Assembly (NCBI GenBank): GCA_030295235.1
Contig: AP026135.1
Span: 682,001-746,000, forward strand
DNA: 64,000 nt
Direction: 5' to 3'
Origin: Fistulifera solaris
Lineage: Eukaryota
Shown here: positions 24,247-35,909 of the stretch, piece by piece
Numbering within the stretch: the stretch's first letter is position 1
Layout: the number at the start of each line of letters is the position of its first letter
Made by a program: the position numbers and the translations under genes
The notes under the pieces: model-generated
The model's input: the letters and a program-made list of their open reading frames with translations, nothing else
What the model was told of the DNA's origin: nothing
Databases searched by the model: none

Positions 24247-25296
24247 ATGAAACAAAGATTCCACCTATCTTATTATCTTTGTCTTTTTCTGCTCCTGGGT
24301 TGTTGTAGAGCGTTTTGTAGTTTCAAGGCGGAGAGGAAGCCACTCGTGGCATGTTTATTTGAGCGCGAACGAGGGGCTTTCCGGGACGAGCCGGCGCCTA
24401 ACGATGATGTAGAGGACGAAAATGAGGATTTTCTGGACGTCGACGCCTCTCATTTCAAGGTGCCACGCTTTCTTACTTTCGGTTTGAATGGAAGATCGGC
24501 TCCCTCTCAACGGAAAGCGATCGGTCTTTCTCGGTCCTCCAATGCAACAATACACTACTGCGAAAACTGTGGGACGGAGTACGTACAGTGGGTGGGTCGT
24601 TGTTCGACCTGCCAGCAGTGGAATACACTGCGATCGCACAGTGTGCCGCGACGTACAGCGGATGAGATATCACGGGAAATGGAGAAGTCGCTAAACGTAC
24701 AAGATGAGGACGCCTCTACATTCGAGGATTTTTTCGGTGACAGCTTACGGAGGATTTCACCATTCGATGTTGAAGGTTATAGGTTTGACTTGAACGGAAC
24801 TTCTGTAGAATACTCCAAAGGGAAGACTTATCGCTTCGATGCCGTGGAAGGTCGTGCGAGGACGATTTCTGGAGGGAAATCTGTGGCTGTAGACGCCTTG
24901 GTGGTAGCAGGGTGTGGTCTACGAAGTGCAGAGGGAATCGATCTTGGGCGCGTTTGCAGAACGCTGGCTATTGTGCAAAAGAAGTTTGGTATTGATTTTA
25001 GAAAATACGATGTGTACGTTGAATGCTCGGCTCAAGTGGGGCATACTGCTGATTTGGCTGTAATGGGAGCAATTATGAGTAGTCTCTCGGCTGTTCCTAT
25101 ACGAGCTGATTCCTTTCTTCTCGGAGAGATTGATCTTCTTGGAAATGTTCAACCGATAGATGAAGAAAAGGATCTGAGATCCTTTTCTCGTATTGTCTGC
25201 GCTAACGAGATGGAAGATCAGGGTAACACCGTTCTGTGTCGAACAATATCGGAAGCGATAGACCAAGTTCTGGTGAGGCGTTTTCCAAAGCTTTAG
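24247..25296 (+). CDS. RadA/Sms-like protein with zinc finger and Lon-like C-terminal domain but no RecA ATPase core; probable plastid presequence
   Basis: YCENCG...QWVGRCSTCQQWNTL; DVYV, ADLAVMGAIMSSL..VPI, LGEIDLLGNVQPI; no Walker A or KNRFG in the uninterrupted ORF; N-terminus LCLFLLLGCCRAF. Confidence 0.75.
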   Translation: MKQRFHLSYYLCLFLLLGCCRAFCSFKAERKPLVACLFERERGAFRDEPAPNDDVEDENEDFLDVDASHFKVPRFLTFGLNGRSAPSQRKAIGLSRSSNATIHYCENCGTEYVQWVGRCSTCQQWNTLRSHSVPRRTADEISREMEKSLNVQDEDASTFEDFFGDSLRRISPFDVEGYRFDLNGTSVEYSKGKTYRFDAVEGRARTISGGKSVAVDALVVAGCGLRSAEGIDLGRVCRTLAIVQKKFGIDFRKYDVYVECSAQVGHTADLAVMGAIMSSLSAVPIRADSFLLGEIDLLGNVQPIDEEKDLRSFSRIVCANEMEDQGNTVLCRTISEAIDQVLVRRFPKL

Positions 25297-25553
25297 CTCT
25301 GCATATCAATGAAGCAAATCGGTCAAAAATTCTTGCTGCCCTCGATTGCTTTTAATGCGTCTTTAATATTGCCCTCGGGCTGTCCCATACAATCACCCCG
25401 AAAACTTGTACAAGGCAGCAGCATCCGAAATAAAGCAAACAGACACGAGAATCATTACAGGCACTTATACCACGTTTTGAAAGTATTGAACAAAGCCAGT
25501 GCTAGCAATTCAGTTGTCATAAACTTTAGTAAATTAAACGCTACAATAGTTAC

Positions 25554-27553
25554 CTACACTAGGCCTGGGGTAAAAGAAGAAGAATTCAAAGATGCGACGG
25601 AGTCATAGCCGCGCATTTCTCGCTCTACAGAATGGGCCAATAAGGGACTCAACACGGAGGACAATCGGGAGGAACTTGTGCTTCTTCTTCTCTGATTTAT
25701 TTCGTCCTGTACTATGTGCTCTTCTTCTTCCAGGGAAACATCGGCTGGACGCTGGCAGCAAAACCAAAAGCCGAACGGAGATACACGATACGCTCTTGAA
25801 TGTTCAACGCTTTCGTACACAGCAAGTTCCAAGCCTTCGTCCAGCCAGCTCATCACAACAACGAAGACTGCAGACCCCGCAAGGGCGAAAACAAGCGCAA
25901 TGTCACTTTGCAAAAGTGACTCTAGTGCCCCGTTCCCAGAAATGCCCATGCTAGCGGCAGCGGAAATGCCGGCAACTGCGAACAAAACCATTGTTTGGAT
26001 TAGATAAGCCCCGATAAAGAGAGTTCGATTGCGAGGATCAATAGGAATACGTTTCACGTGCATAGACTTGATAAAAAATATTGAGACCAGACAAGCAGCA
26101 AAGCCGCCACACACAAGTGATTTCTCTGGTCCTGGCAAGGCCGCAGTTGCTGCCAAGAAGGAATGGGTGAGAAGATTGAGCCCAGACCCGAGTACTGTAG
26201 TGCTAAGTAGTAGAAAGAATTGACCGGCGTGATAGAAGAACGCAGCCCATCTGTTTCCGAGCAAGGCGTGATCCTGGGCCAAAGTGTCTGCGTCGTCATT
26301 GACATAAAGCAATTTGATGCAGAAAAACAAAAGACAGACAGAACCGATGAACGAGTAGTCTTGCAGCTTTGGCGTTTGGTAGGCAAAAAATTCACTCGCG
26401 ACTACAACTACACTTTGAAGCAGAAATCCAAGCAATAGGATGAAAAGCAAGCCGCGCTTGGACGCAGCAGCTTCAGTGGAAACCGTGAGTGAAAATTAGG
26501 GGTTACAAGAGCATGCTGTAGCGAAAGTACACGTACCATGAAAATCATTTGCCAAAAATGCTCTAGGTATTCTCAATCCAGCCAGAGCAAGAGCCCCGAC
26601 AAAGATGGTCCACCGGAAATCCCAGTCCATTGGCTGGCCAAACACTCCATACAACCAAACTCCCGCCTCACAAGCCGTCATAATAATGTTGAATGTGGCA
26701 TGATGCGTCAAATTGCGCCTCAAGAGAAGGGTGGCAGCATCGGTAGAGTCGCCTTCAGATCGTGCTGCAAAAAAAACGCGCAAATACAAACCGCAATGCA
26801 ACAACGCTATGGCTGCGGCCATGATCATGATGCGATTGGCATCCGGCGACTCGATGGGCGCCTGCACCGAAAGCGACGCAAACAGAACGGCGAAGCACAT
26901 GAGCAAATGCGTGATTTGAGCGCTCAGGTCCGTCGTGTCAAAACGCGTCGAGTAGCTGGCTTGCTTGGACCATACATTAAAAAGATGGCAAAGTAGCAGA
27001 AGCTACTAAACCCGATCTTGCCCTGTTCACTCATGGCCACGCCCACTCGAGTAAATCCAGTCACAATCACTAGATTAAAGAACAGGTCTGTCAAGGAGAT
27101 GCTCTCTCGAACCATCACCTTGCCACCCTTTTCAACTCCAGCGGACCAAATTGACGGCAAAACTTGCGGAGCGCGCCAAATACCGCCCGAATACCAAGCC
27201 TTGTCAGAAGACTGGCGTTCCAAGGTACGAGATGCTTCACCATTTTTAAAACGACCGAGCTCTTCGGCCAACTTGACGATGGAATGGAAGAGTTTCCGTT
27301 TCCCGGCTTTCTCGGTAACGATTTGCTGCTTAGCGGCAGCAAGCTGTTCTTCCAATGTCAGTAGCTCGGCTTGAGACTGTTTCTGTCGTCTTTTCTCGGT
27401 GTCTCCTCCGCTTTGGCTTGTCTATGACCGTGTTGTGCATGCATTAGTATGGCTAAACAAAACAGCACCGAAGTCGCGGTTGCGACATCAAAAAAATATG
27501 TAACTTATTATTCGAACCGTACTTACCTTCTTAGGGTTGTCGGAAGGCGCCAT
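25554..27553 (-). CDS. LtrA (low temperature requirement A)-like polytopic membrane protein; introns 27422-27526 and 26471-26536; frameshift near 26975
   Basis: TDLFFNLVIV and FH....KRGLLFILLLG resemble LtrA ELFFDLVFV and ERxGLxxIIxLG; both introns (GTAAGT..CATAG, GTACGT..TGAAG) join in frame. Confidence 0.65.
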
Positions 27554-28088
27554 TTTGAATCGGATTGAAATTTAGCAACAAATGATAAGAACAAGATCTT
27601 GAAAGATACGAATCTTTGCCCTTAGCACGATGACGAATTCAAAAACAAAATTTACGTTTCCACCTTAGAAAGAGCTGCTCTATTATTCAAAATCAACTCT
27701 TTGTTGAATGAATAACTTTTTGGTTGACTTCGGGGGCTTCAAGAGAAGATGCGGCAACAGAGAATCATCATTGTCACCTGCTCTTATTCTTTTCGTTGTT
27801 TGTTCGGGTTGTCGTCGTCGTCTTTTGAAATCTGGCACTCGATCACGATAAAGTATTTTGTAGACAGCTTTTAGTGCCGGTTAGACACTTGCGGTACTCA
27901 CGAGTTTGTTCGGCGTTGCGCTGGATCTGCATGCGAGCGCTCGGAAGCTTGCGTTTTCATGCGACATGAGACGTGACCGTTCACACAACAGAAAGCAAAA
28001 CAATAAATCAAGGCCTATTATTCATTCGAAGAATCAATAACGAAACGAGAAAGACGACTTTATGAAATTTTTTCGACTATAAGAAATC

Positions 28089-28865
28089 ATGGCGGACGAA
28101 GGCGTGTCTGTGATCGAAAAGGGATCCGAGAAAGGGCAAGGAAAAACAGAAAGAATCATAGAGACACTCGAAATTGACGAACCCATTCGAACAGCGACGG
28201 ATGTTCCAACGTTAGTCACAAATGACGAAGAAATTGGCAACGATTTAGATGATGATGACTTGAAAGAACTACTACCTGCTTCTTCGCACCGACCGGAACC
28301 GAAAAAGCCTCGTTGCTCGTCGTGTTGTACACCTTGTGAAAAGGTTGGGAGAATGACTATTTTTTTGCCTCGTGTGTACTATGCTACTGGATGGGGCATA
28401 CAAGGACCGCACTGGTTTGGTCCTCCGTGTGTCTTAGGTGTAATCATTCTGGCAACAATACACTTGGTGAACGACACTTGGATAGAACGACCCTACACAG
28501 CGGTGATCTGCACCATCTTCTCGTTGGTATGTTCGTATCATCTATTTAACGCAGCTTACCGCGATCCTGGGCTCATACGGGCCAAGATTTCTGGAGAAGA
28601 AGCCGGTCGCGATTACTGTTGGTGTGATTTTTGCAACAATTATCAGCCCCCCGGTGGTGCACACTGTGCACAGTGCAATGTTTGTATCGCGGGCTATGAT
28701 CATCATTGCGTCTGGATGGGTCTTTGCATCGGAAGAAACAATTTCAGACAATTTATAAGATTCAATTTATCGTGGCTGGCCTATCTGGGGTACGCCCTCG
28801 TTTGGGTGAAGGTAGTCGGTGCGATTTCACTTTCATATGATCACCATAATGACGATGAGTCATGA
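28089..28865 (+). CDS. DHHC palmitoyltransferase
   Basis: DPG; CDFC..YQPPGGAHCAQCNVCIAGYDHHCVWMGLCIGRNN; flanking TM helices. Confidence 0.93.
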   Translation: MADEGVSVIEKGSEKGQGKTERIIETLEIDEPIRTATDVPTLVTNDEEIGNDLDDDDLKELLPASSHRPEPKKPRCSSCCTPCEKVGRMTIFLPRVYYATGWGIQGPHWFGPPCVLGVIILATIHLVNDTWIERPYTAVICTIFSLVCSYHLFNAAYRDPGLIRAKISGEEAGRDYCWCDFCNNYQPPGGAHCAQCNVCIAGYDHHCVWMGLCIGRNNFRQFIRFNLSWLAYLGYALVWVKVVGAISLSYDHHNDDES

Positions 28866-29067
28866 TACGGTATTTTCGCTGATCCATTTACAACCAGCAT
28901 TATCGTGCAATGGCATGGGTCTCCACTGTCTAAGTAAGATCGCCGTGAATATAAATCAAATTTAGTTTATTGAAAGCAATTCACAAACCTTAGAGGTTAA
29001 CTGCTTTTCGTTCTTTTATTGGAAACGTCTTTTATCAATGTAGGGAGCACGTTCAACAAGCGTCCAT

Positions 29068-31095
29068 CTAGGCAGTTGCAGCAACCGAAGCGCTACCATG
29101 AGTTGCTTTCATAGTGATCTCGCAGCTGTTGGCGCTCTTGAACTCGGGGAAAGGTCCTTCCTGTAACGCCGCGGTGAAAGTATTCTCCCAAGCGTGCAAC
29201 GCCGCTCCACTGTCGCCCAAACCAAGCATCACATCGTCATCGGGAGGACACAAGCGGCATCCCCATCCACCAATGTAGAAGTAAGCAGAGGGTTTGGGAG
29301 TCTCGAAACGACCTTTGTTTTTGGGATGTGCTCTGGGGTCGTTCTTGTTGTAGGTCAGCATGTCTTCATCCGACTCCAACCCGAGAATTGCGGCCTTGCG
29401 ACGCTCGACATGATCGAAATGCAAACCAGAGAGCGCCGCATCGCCATTGTCTGTCTTCAAGTGAACCTGATTGTAGGCCTCCTGAAGAGCGTGTCCAGCG
29501 TAAGCGAGCGCCTTCAAGCTCAAGTTCGCCTCGTCGACAGCCTTGCAGTCAAATGCCACCTCCACCGGCATACCGTCGATGTCTTCCGTACTGTCGACCT
29601 CGGATGTAAGCAAAGCAAGATGAGCGTCCAAAGCAAGCTGAGCCACGTTGACGGATTCGTTGGAAAGCGTCGTAGTGGATGGCTTCGCTGCGTGCATGTT
29701 GATGTCGCATTTCTGGACGCCGCTGAACTCGGGGAAGGGACTGTCTCGCAAGGCCTTGGCGTACGCATTTTCCCAAGCAGTCAACGCAACTCCACTGTCG
29801 CCCAAACCAAGCATCACATCGTCATCGGGAGGACACAAGCGGCATCCCCATCCACCAATGTAGAAGTAAGCAGAGGGTTTGGGAGTCTCGAAACGACCTT
29901 TGTTTTTGGGATGTGCTCTGGGGTCGTTCTTGTTGTAGGTCAGCATGTCTTCATCCGACTCCAACCCGAGAATTGCGGCCTTGCGACGCTCGACATGATC
30001 GAAATGCAAACCAGAGAGCGCCGCATCGCCATTGTCTGTCTTCAAGTGAACCTGATTGTAGGCCTCCTGAAGAGCGTGTCCAGCGTAAGCGAGCGCCTTC
30101 AAGCTCAAGTTCGCCTCGTCGACAGCCTTGCAGTCAAATGCCACCTCCACCGGCATACCGTCGATGTCTTCCGTACTGTCGACCTCGGATGTAAGCAAAG
30201 CAAGATGAGCGTCCAAAGCAAGCTGAGCCACGTTGACGGATTCGTTGGAAAGCGTCGTAGTGGATGGCTTCGCTGCGTGCATGTTGATGTCGCATTTCTG
30301 GACGCCGCTGAACTCGGGGAAGGGACTGTCTCGCAAGGCCTTGGCGTACGCATTTTCCCAAGCAGTCAACGCAACTCCACTGTCGCCCAAACCAAGCATC
30401 ACATCGTCATCGGGAGGACACAAGCGGCATCCCCATCCACCAATGTAGAAGTAAGCAGAGGGTTTGGGAGTCTCGAAACGACCTTTGTTTTTGGGATGTG
30501 CTCTGGGGTCGTTCTTGTTGTAGGTCAGCATGTCTTCATCCGACTCCAACCCGAGAATTGCAGCCTTGCGACGCTCGACATGATCGAAATGCAAACCAGA
30601 GAGCGCCGCATCGCCATTGTCTGTCTTCAAGTGAACCTGATTGTAGGCCTCCTTGAGAGCACCGGACGAGAACGCCAGCGCTTTCATGCTCAACTCACTC
30701 TCCTTAAGACCCTTGCACTCAACCTCGAGTTCGACCGGCATGTCAGCTACCGGGGCAGGAGCTCCAAGTCTCGCAGCAGGAAGATAATTCTGGAGATGGA
30801 TGTTGCACGTCGGAAGGATCCCGGTACGTTGAAAGACGTCAAAGGCAACCATCCCCTGCCACGACAACACTTGATGATACTTCAGATCATCGCAACCAAC
30901 GCACTCAATCGTAACCGAATGGATCGAATCATCCGTCGACTGGACATCACCGACAACCTGGACGTCCTGAATCACATCCGAGACGATTTGGTCGAGCGAG
31001 ACTGCAGCGGGAACGCCCGAACACTGGACGTTGAGCAACATCGACTCAGAAGACGCAGAGAAGAGAGAGGCTAGGACTCCAGCACCGAAGAACAT
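29068..31095 (-). CDS. Probable secreted protein with three ~195-aa Cys-containing tandem domains; function unknown
   Basis: 675-aa ORF, short hydrophobic N-terminus, no TM; repeated EAYNQVH, GGWGCRLCPPDDD, AWEN, FPEF...C.I.M. Confidence 0.8.
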   Translation of the reverse strand: MFFGAGVLASLFSASSESMLLNVQCSGVPAAVSLDQIVSDVIQDVQVVGDVQSTDDSIHSVTIECVGCDDLKYHQVLSWQGMVAFDVFQRTGILPTCNIHLQNYLPAARLGAPAPVADMPVELEVECKGLKESELSMKALAFSSGALKEAYNQVHLKTDNGDAALSGLHFDHVERRKAAILGLESDEDMLTYNKNDPRAHPKNKGRFETPKPSAYFYIGGWGCRLCPPDDDVMLGLGDSGVALTAWENAYAKALRDSPFPEFSGVQKCDINMHAAKPSTTTLSNESVNVAQLALDAHLALLTSEVDSTEDIDGMPVEVAFDCKAVDEANLSLKALAYAGHALQEAYNQVHLKTDNGDAALSGLHFDHVERRKAAILGLESDEDMLTYNKNDPRAHPKNKGRFETPKPSAYFYIGGWGCRLCPPDDDVMLGLGDSGVALTAWENAYAKALRDSPFPEFSGVQKCDINMHAAKPSTTTLSNESVNVAQLALDAHLALLTSEVDSTEDIDGMPVEVAFDCKAVDEANLSLKALAYAGHALQEAYNQVHLKTDNGDAALSGLHFDHVERRKAAILGLESDEDMLTYNKNDPRAHPKNKGRFETPKPSAYFYIGGWGCRLCPPDDDVMLGLGDSGAALHAWENTFTAALQEGPFPEFKSANSCEITMKATHGSASVAATA
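29205..30653. repeat. 585-bp tandem repeat, about 2.5 near-identical copies
   Basis: Identical shadow ORFs recur at 585-bp spacing (29328/29913, 29648/30233); I saw only one difference in the block (synonymous, ~30562). Confidence 0.97.
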
Positions 31096-32884
31096 CGTGG
31101 ATACAGGGAAATAGGAACTTGTAAAGAGAACTGCAGCAGATCGTTTGCGATTTGTGTCAATGCGAATAATTTATGAGAAGGTTGATTGTCGCTTGCAAAA
31201 CGTTCGATTTATTGTGGTGGGAGTCCTAGATCTTGTGTGGGAGTCCTCATGGAATGCAATCGACGCCCACCAAGTGGGCGCCAAAAACACGCCCGCTCTA
31301 AGATCTTACCAGTTTCGGGGCTCATTTAGATAAAAGCAATCACGAGTGCTGCTCCTCGCGTGACGGAAAAGAGTACGATCAACAAAAAATCGATGCACGA
31401 TGCACACAACATTTTCCGGGAACTCTTATGATGCATTCCCCAGATCGAAAGAAACAAGAAATACCTTTGGTGTTCTCTTTTGATTGCTGATTCAAGAAGT
31501 AAAAATAAAAGGAAGCCACAGGCTTGACCATTGAATGACGTTGCTTCGAAAGTGTGTGACGGCATTCATTGAACATCAAACGACGTTTCTCTCGGTTCAG
31601 GGAACGGCAATTGAATGAATCGTGACTACCTCCAGAAACGACACATGACATCCACCAGAGGCTTGAAAGACGGTTGATGGACTGGTACCGTAAACGCTGC
31701 TAGCTTATACGTAACAATATAATACGTAATCAGAATGAACATTCACGGGTGAAGTTGACAATCTGTCCGAGTGGTCTTTGTAGGGAGGACGACTCAACGT
31801 ATGTATCCCTTCCCTGAAATTTCGTCCATCAAAATGTTCAGTCACTCTGAGAGCTTCGTCGTAATCCGAGCTCTTGTGAATGCATCGTGAACGTATCGTT
31901 GCGCTGTATTTCTTTAATGAAATATTTCATGGTCGTCGTCGCGACGTCCCAACGCGGCTACCATTATTATTTTATTACACGTTGATTCGTTACCGGTCGG
32001 ATAGTCTTGCCCCGTTGCTCCTTGTAATTGTAAAGCAGTACCGCTACCTCGTAAGAATAAAATAAAAATTGAGAGTTTAGCGTACCTATGTCCTATCCCG
32101 ATGACAGATTCATTAATCCCCTCACTAGGTGTTGCCTAGATCATACGGATAACCAAGTCATCGCTCTGTGGCAATAAACATGGGGGCTGCCATCTGATTC
32201 GGATTAGAGGTTGTGGCCTAGTCCATCGGCCGGATGCCTATTTTGAGTTTACGTTGAGCGCCGATTCTGGTGAGTTGATGGTTGGTTGTGTATTGCTTGG
32301 TTGTTCTTGGTTGACTACGTTGCTCTGTTGTTGTTTTGTCGTGGCAATTTCTGGTGTTGGGTAATGGATTACTGTAAGAATGGTTGTGAGTCGCGACTGG
32401 AGTCGTTCATTTTTCTCTCAAAATTGTGTTAATGCAGTAAGACGTTCCGCTATAATAATCGACGTGAAGAATTGAGCCGTGTATTTTCACTGTCACTAGA
32501 GCTTTGATGACACCATGATAACGAAATATATCAGTTCATTACCTGGTATGGTTGTACAACGAACAAAGATTTTAGGTAGCATTCTAACTCGAACGAATAC
32601 TGATGCCCATGACCCATGACTAAAATCCAGTCGTACCGAACTACTACGGGTACCACGATACTGAAGACACGATTCTTCCTTCGCTTGCCACGTCACACGA
32701 TCTCTTTGGCGCGGGTCTTTCTGCGTTTGCGCCCCTTATTTTTCTCGCAAAGATTTTTGGTAGTCACACACCCGTCACAAGTCACAACGAGGAAAAAGGG
32801 CCGCTAGCTGCTTGATGATTATTATTTTTATCGTAATTACTCCGTAGCACCTAATAATCTGGTCAAGCTTTCTTTCGGGTCGTG

Positions 32885-33473
32885 ATGAAGCTTTTCGTTC
32901 CGGTCAGTCTGTTGACATTCTCGCTATCAACCAGTGCGTTTTTACAGAAATCGTCTTTCCGTGCTCTTTCCAGCCATATGGTCGATACATCCTCCGACAC
33001 TTCGTTAGACATGGTCCGCGGTGTCCCCAAATTATGCCCGGAACTTCCGCTAACTCCTTCTATATCCGGAAATGAAATTGCGATTCTTGCCTGTGGATGA
33101 TTTTTGGGGGCCGCAGCCTGCCCTAAAGGCTGTACCCGGCGTGAAAAGATGCATTGTTGGATATTCCGGAGGTTTGCAACCGGACCCGACCTATCAGAAT
33201 ATAATGGATTACACAGAAGCCTTGTTGGTTGAATACGATCCGTCTATTATTACTTTTAAGGGTATTTTGAAGAAATGGAGGTCGTTCGGACAGCCGTATC
33301 CTGCAAAAACACAGTACAAGTGGGCGGTGTTTGCTATGAATGATGAGCAAACTCGGGTGGCGGACGAATTCTGTGCCGGCGAAAAGCACATTGCGATCGA
33401 ACCTGTCACAAAATTCTACATGGCTGAAGAATACCATCAAGACTTTATGAAGAAAACGGGTAATTTAAGGTAG
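32885..33473 (+). CDS. msrA: Selenocysteine-containing peptide methionine sulfoxide reductase A, probable plastid targeting; Sec TGA 33098-33100; apparent extra T at 33101-33105
   Basis: ACG-TGA-FWGPQ corresponds to MsrA GCFWG; VGYSGG...PTY, DYTEALLVEYDP, FYMAEEYHQDF; presequence MKLFVPVSLLTFSLSTSAF; SECIS downstream. Confidence 0.88.
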
Positions 33474-33535
33474 TAAAAGTCCAAATGGATCTGTTGTGTT
33501 AGCTTCAGGGATTCTCGCAACGTGACATTACATCG

Positions 33536-33603
33536 ACCGGAATGACGGATGAATTTTCAATCGCCCACGCTGCGACAAAATCTTCTTGATATCAGCTATC
33601 GGT
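33536..33603 (+). promoter_or_regulatory. SECIS element (type II) in msrA 3' UTR
   Basis: AUGAC (33542-33546), helix GGAUGAAUUUU/AAAAUCUUCU, unpaired AA, mini-stem UCGC/GCGA, UGAU (33587-33590); outer helix ACCGG/UCGGU. Folded by hand. Confidence 0.82.
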
Positions 33604-33739
33604 AAAGTCAAGTTGTTTGAGAAAATTGTTGCTTCAAAATAAGCCCATTGCCGATTAAAGCATGTTTTTGAAGTCGCATCACTTTTCTGACCTTAGGCGG
33701 ATTAGCCCATGTAGTTGTTACAATCAGTCACTCCGAAAC

Positions 33740-34997
33740 TTAATCGTGTTTCTCAATAGTCACATCACCTTCGGCGTCTTCTTCTTCGTCATTATCACTG
33801 TATGACCCCCGTTTCCTCCCGCTTGAATCGACGATTCCGTGCCTTGGCAGTCTCCACACGCGAAACATTTTCCCACGGTTTGGTATGAGTTGGTCCTCTT
33901 GTTTCACTGTGTTTTTCTATTGTAACATTCCCCGTGTTGTCACGCTCTAGCACGCTTTGGGGTATGTCGGTGATCTCCAATTTCTGAATTGATTCCTCGA
34001 GTGTATGTCGAATCCTGGACTGAGTCGTTTGCGCTACCATCAAATGCGATTTGTCTGTAGTGGAATCCATTTGAAGTTCTTGCAAATAGGGTGGATCTCG
34101 TATCAAGAGAAGGAATTGAGACGAGCCGCGTCGAGCAAGTCCCAAAGGTTGTGCTTGGCATTCAACTCGGGTAGCGTGCGAAATGGATTCATTTTGCCAA
34201 ACAAAGAAATCGACGTACACTGCATCGTCGTAAATTACGGCCACATAGTTTCCTAATGCATCCCACAGAATACTAGTCGGAATGGGTTGAATGCTCTGAT
34301 CATTTGCATTCTCGTCGGATACTGTCGATATGGATGCCAATTCCTTGCACGTGACAAGATCCCACAACCGGATCATTCGATCTCCTCCAGCACTCGCACA
34401 CGCATTGTTGTGCACATCAAAGGAAGACACAAAGGCCAAATGACCTAACAGATAACCATGAATGCGATATGTATCGGGGAAATACGAAACTCGAATCTTT
34501 TCATCCCGGTCGGCCGTCACTATATAATGTTGGTGAACCAGCACTTTCGTCAACATACTGGCTGTGTGGCCCAAGAGCAGACGACAATTCGTTTCTTGGT
34601 TCTTTTCGTCGTCTTTGCTGTCATTTAAGCCCTTTTCGACGGAATAAGCAATCGCATCGCCCGCTAAATCACTCACCACGACAACCGTCATACTGTGTTG
34701 GTCGTCAGCCACTAACGCAAAACACATCGAGCTTACTCGCTTGGGAGTGACATACGAAGCCGCCATTTCCTTGTCGCGAAAAATCTGTAATTGTTTGCTT
34801 GATCGAGCTACGGCATACGTCATGGAACCGTCCGGTAGCTGGGTCAAAGCCACGGCTTGAATCATCGTCGCGTCGGCGTCGGGTGCTTCGAGAGGTGTCG
34901 CGGAGCATACGTCGGCGGCGACTGCGATGACAATCGCTTGATTGCCCAACGCAACAATAATGTGTGATTCTTTAAGTGTTTGAATGAGTTGCTTCAT
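33740..34997 (-). CDS. TRM82: tRNA m7G46 methyltransferase non-catalytic WD40 subunit (Trm82/WDR4)
   Basis: LLGHTASMLT, IVTADRDEKIRVS.FP, I.GYLLGH..FVSS, SAGGD..IRLWD. ORF stops at 33795; a one-base indel near 33820 would extend it with an acidic tail to TAA at 33740. Confidence 0.88.
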
Positions 34998-35909
34998 AAT
35001 TGTCTTTTTTTATTCTGTATTGTTAGTCGTTCTATAGCCAATTTTGTTGTTTGAGTGTGATGTTTCCGCTTTGCGCCTTTTTTTACTTGGCCGCAAAAGG
35101 TGCGTCTGTCCGTTGATCGCTGCTGTTGGCCATTTAGGATCAAAAACACATTTTCGACACGTTGCAGATGAACTTGATCAATATTATCGATATTGTTAAC
35201 AAATTTATTCCATTTGTGGGCCTATTGTTGCTGTTTCAATCGTTTTCCTTATTATTCAAGAACTAATACTTCGAAACTATAGTGAGCTTGCTAATCAACG
35301 ATGCAAAGACTTTGTGACGCTAACTATCGAGCTATTGCGTTTCGAATCAGATTAATAGATTGTATTTACCTCGTCCGCGTCATTTTATTTGAGTATGAAC
35401 TTGCGTGCTATCACCTATGGACCTATTTATTGTAGCCGTTCGAAGTGTTCTCAATTTATTTTTATTTTACTCCCTATTTTATTTCGGTCACGACTGAAAC
35501 CCAGTCGTGGAAAAAGGTCGTCTACACATTGGCTCGACAGTTTTTTCAGTGGCTTGGGAAATGAACCGATCGCGAGCCTTTTCAACGCAAAGAATCGAGA
35601 TGAAGCATTTGGATGATTTTTCCATGATATATGCTGATGATCATTGTTGGAATAAATTGACTTTATTGCATGATCACTTTAGTCGCTCATCGTAGTTGCC
35701 GAAAATTCTTCAGACAAAACTAATTGGCTTTTATTTTCACTATAGCCTGAAGTGTATTCGTTTTCGACAAGACTCCTCAACTGCAGTCATGAGCTTCGTT
35801 TTGGAAAATCGTCGCAGCACCGCAGTGCGTGCGTCGACATCAGTCGACAGTTAAATGAATGATAAAACATTATTACCCCGGAGTATTATTAGTATCGTGC
35901 TAAAATACA

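Noticed and set aside
29205..30653. Repeat considered as CRISPR array or LTR
   Set aside because: Contiguous in-frame 585-bp units with no spacers or retroelement genes.
29194..31074. 626-aa antisense ORF over the repeat protein
   Set aside because: Codon-aligned shadow of the minus-strand gene, lengthened by the tandem repeat; no ATG start or recognisable domain.
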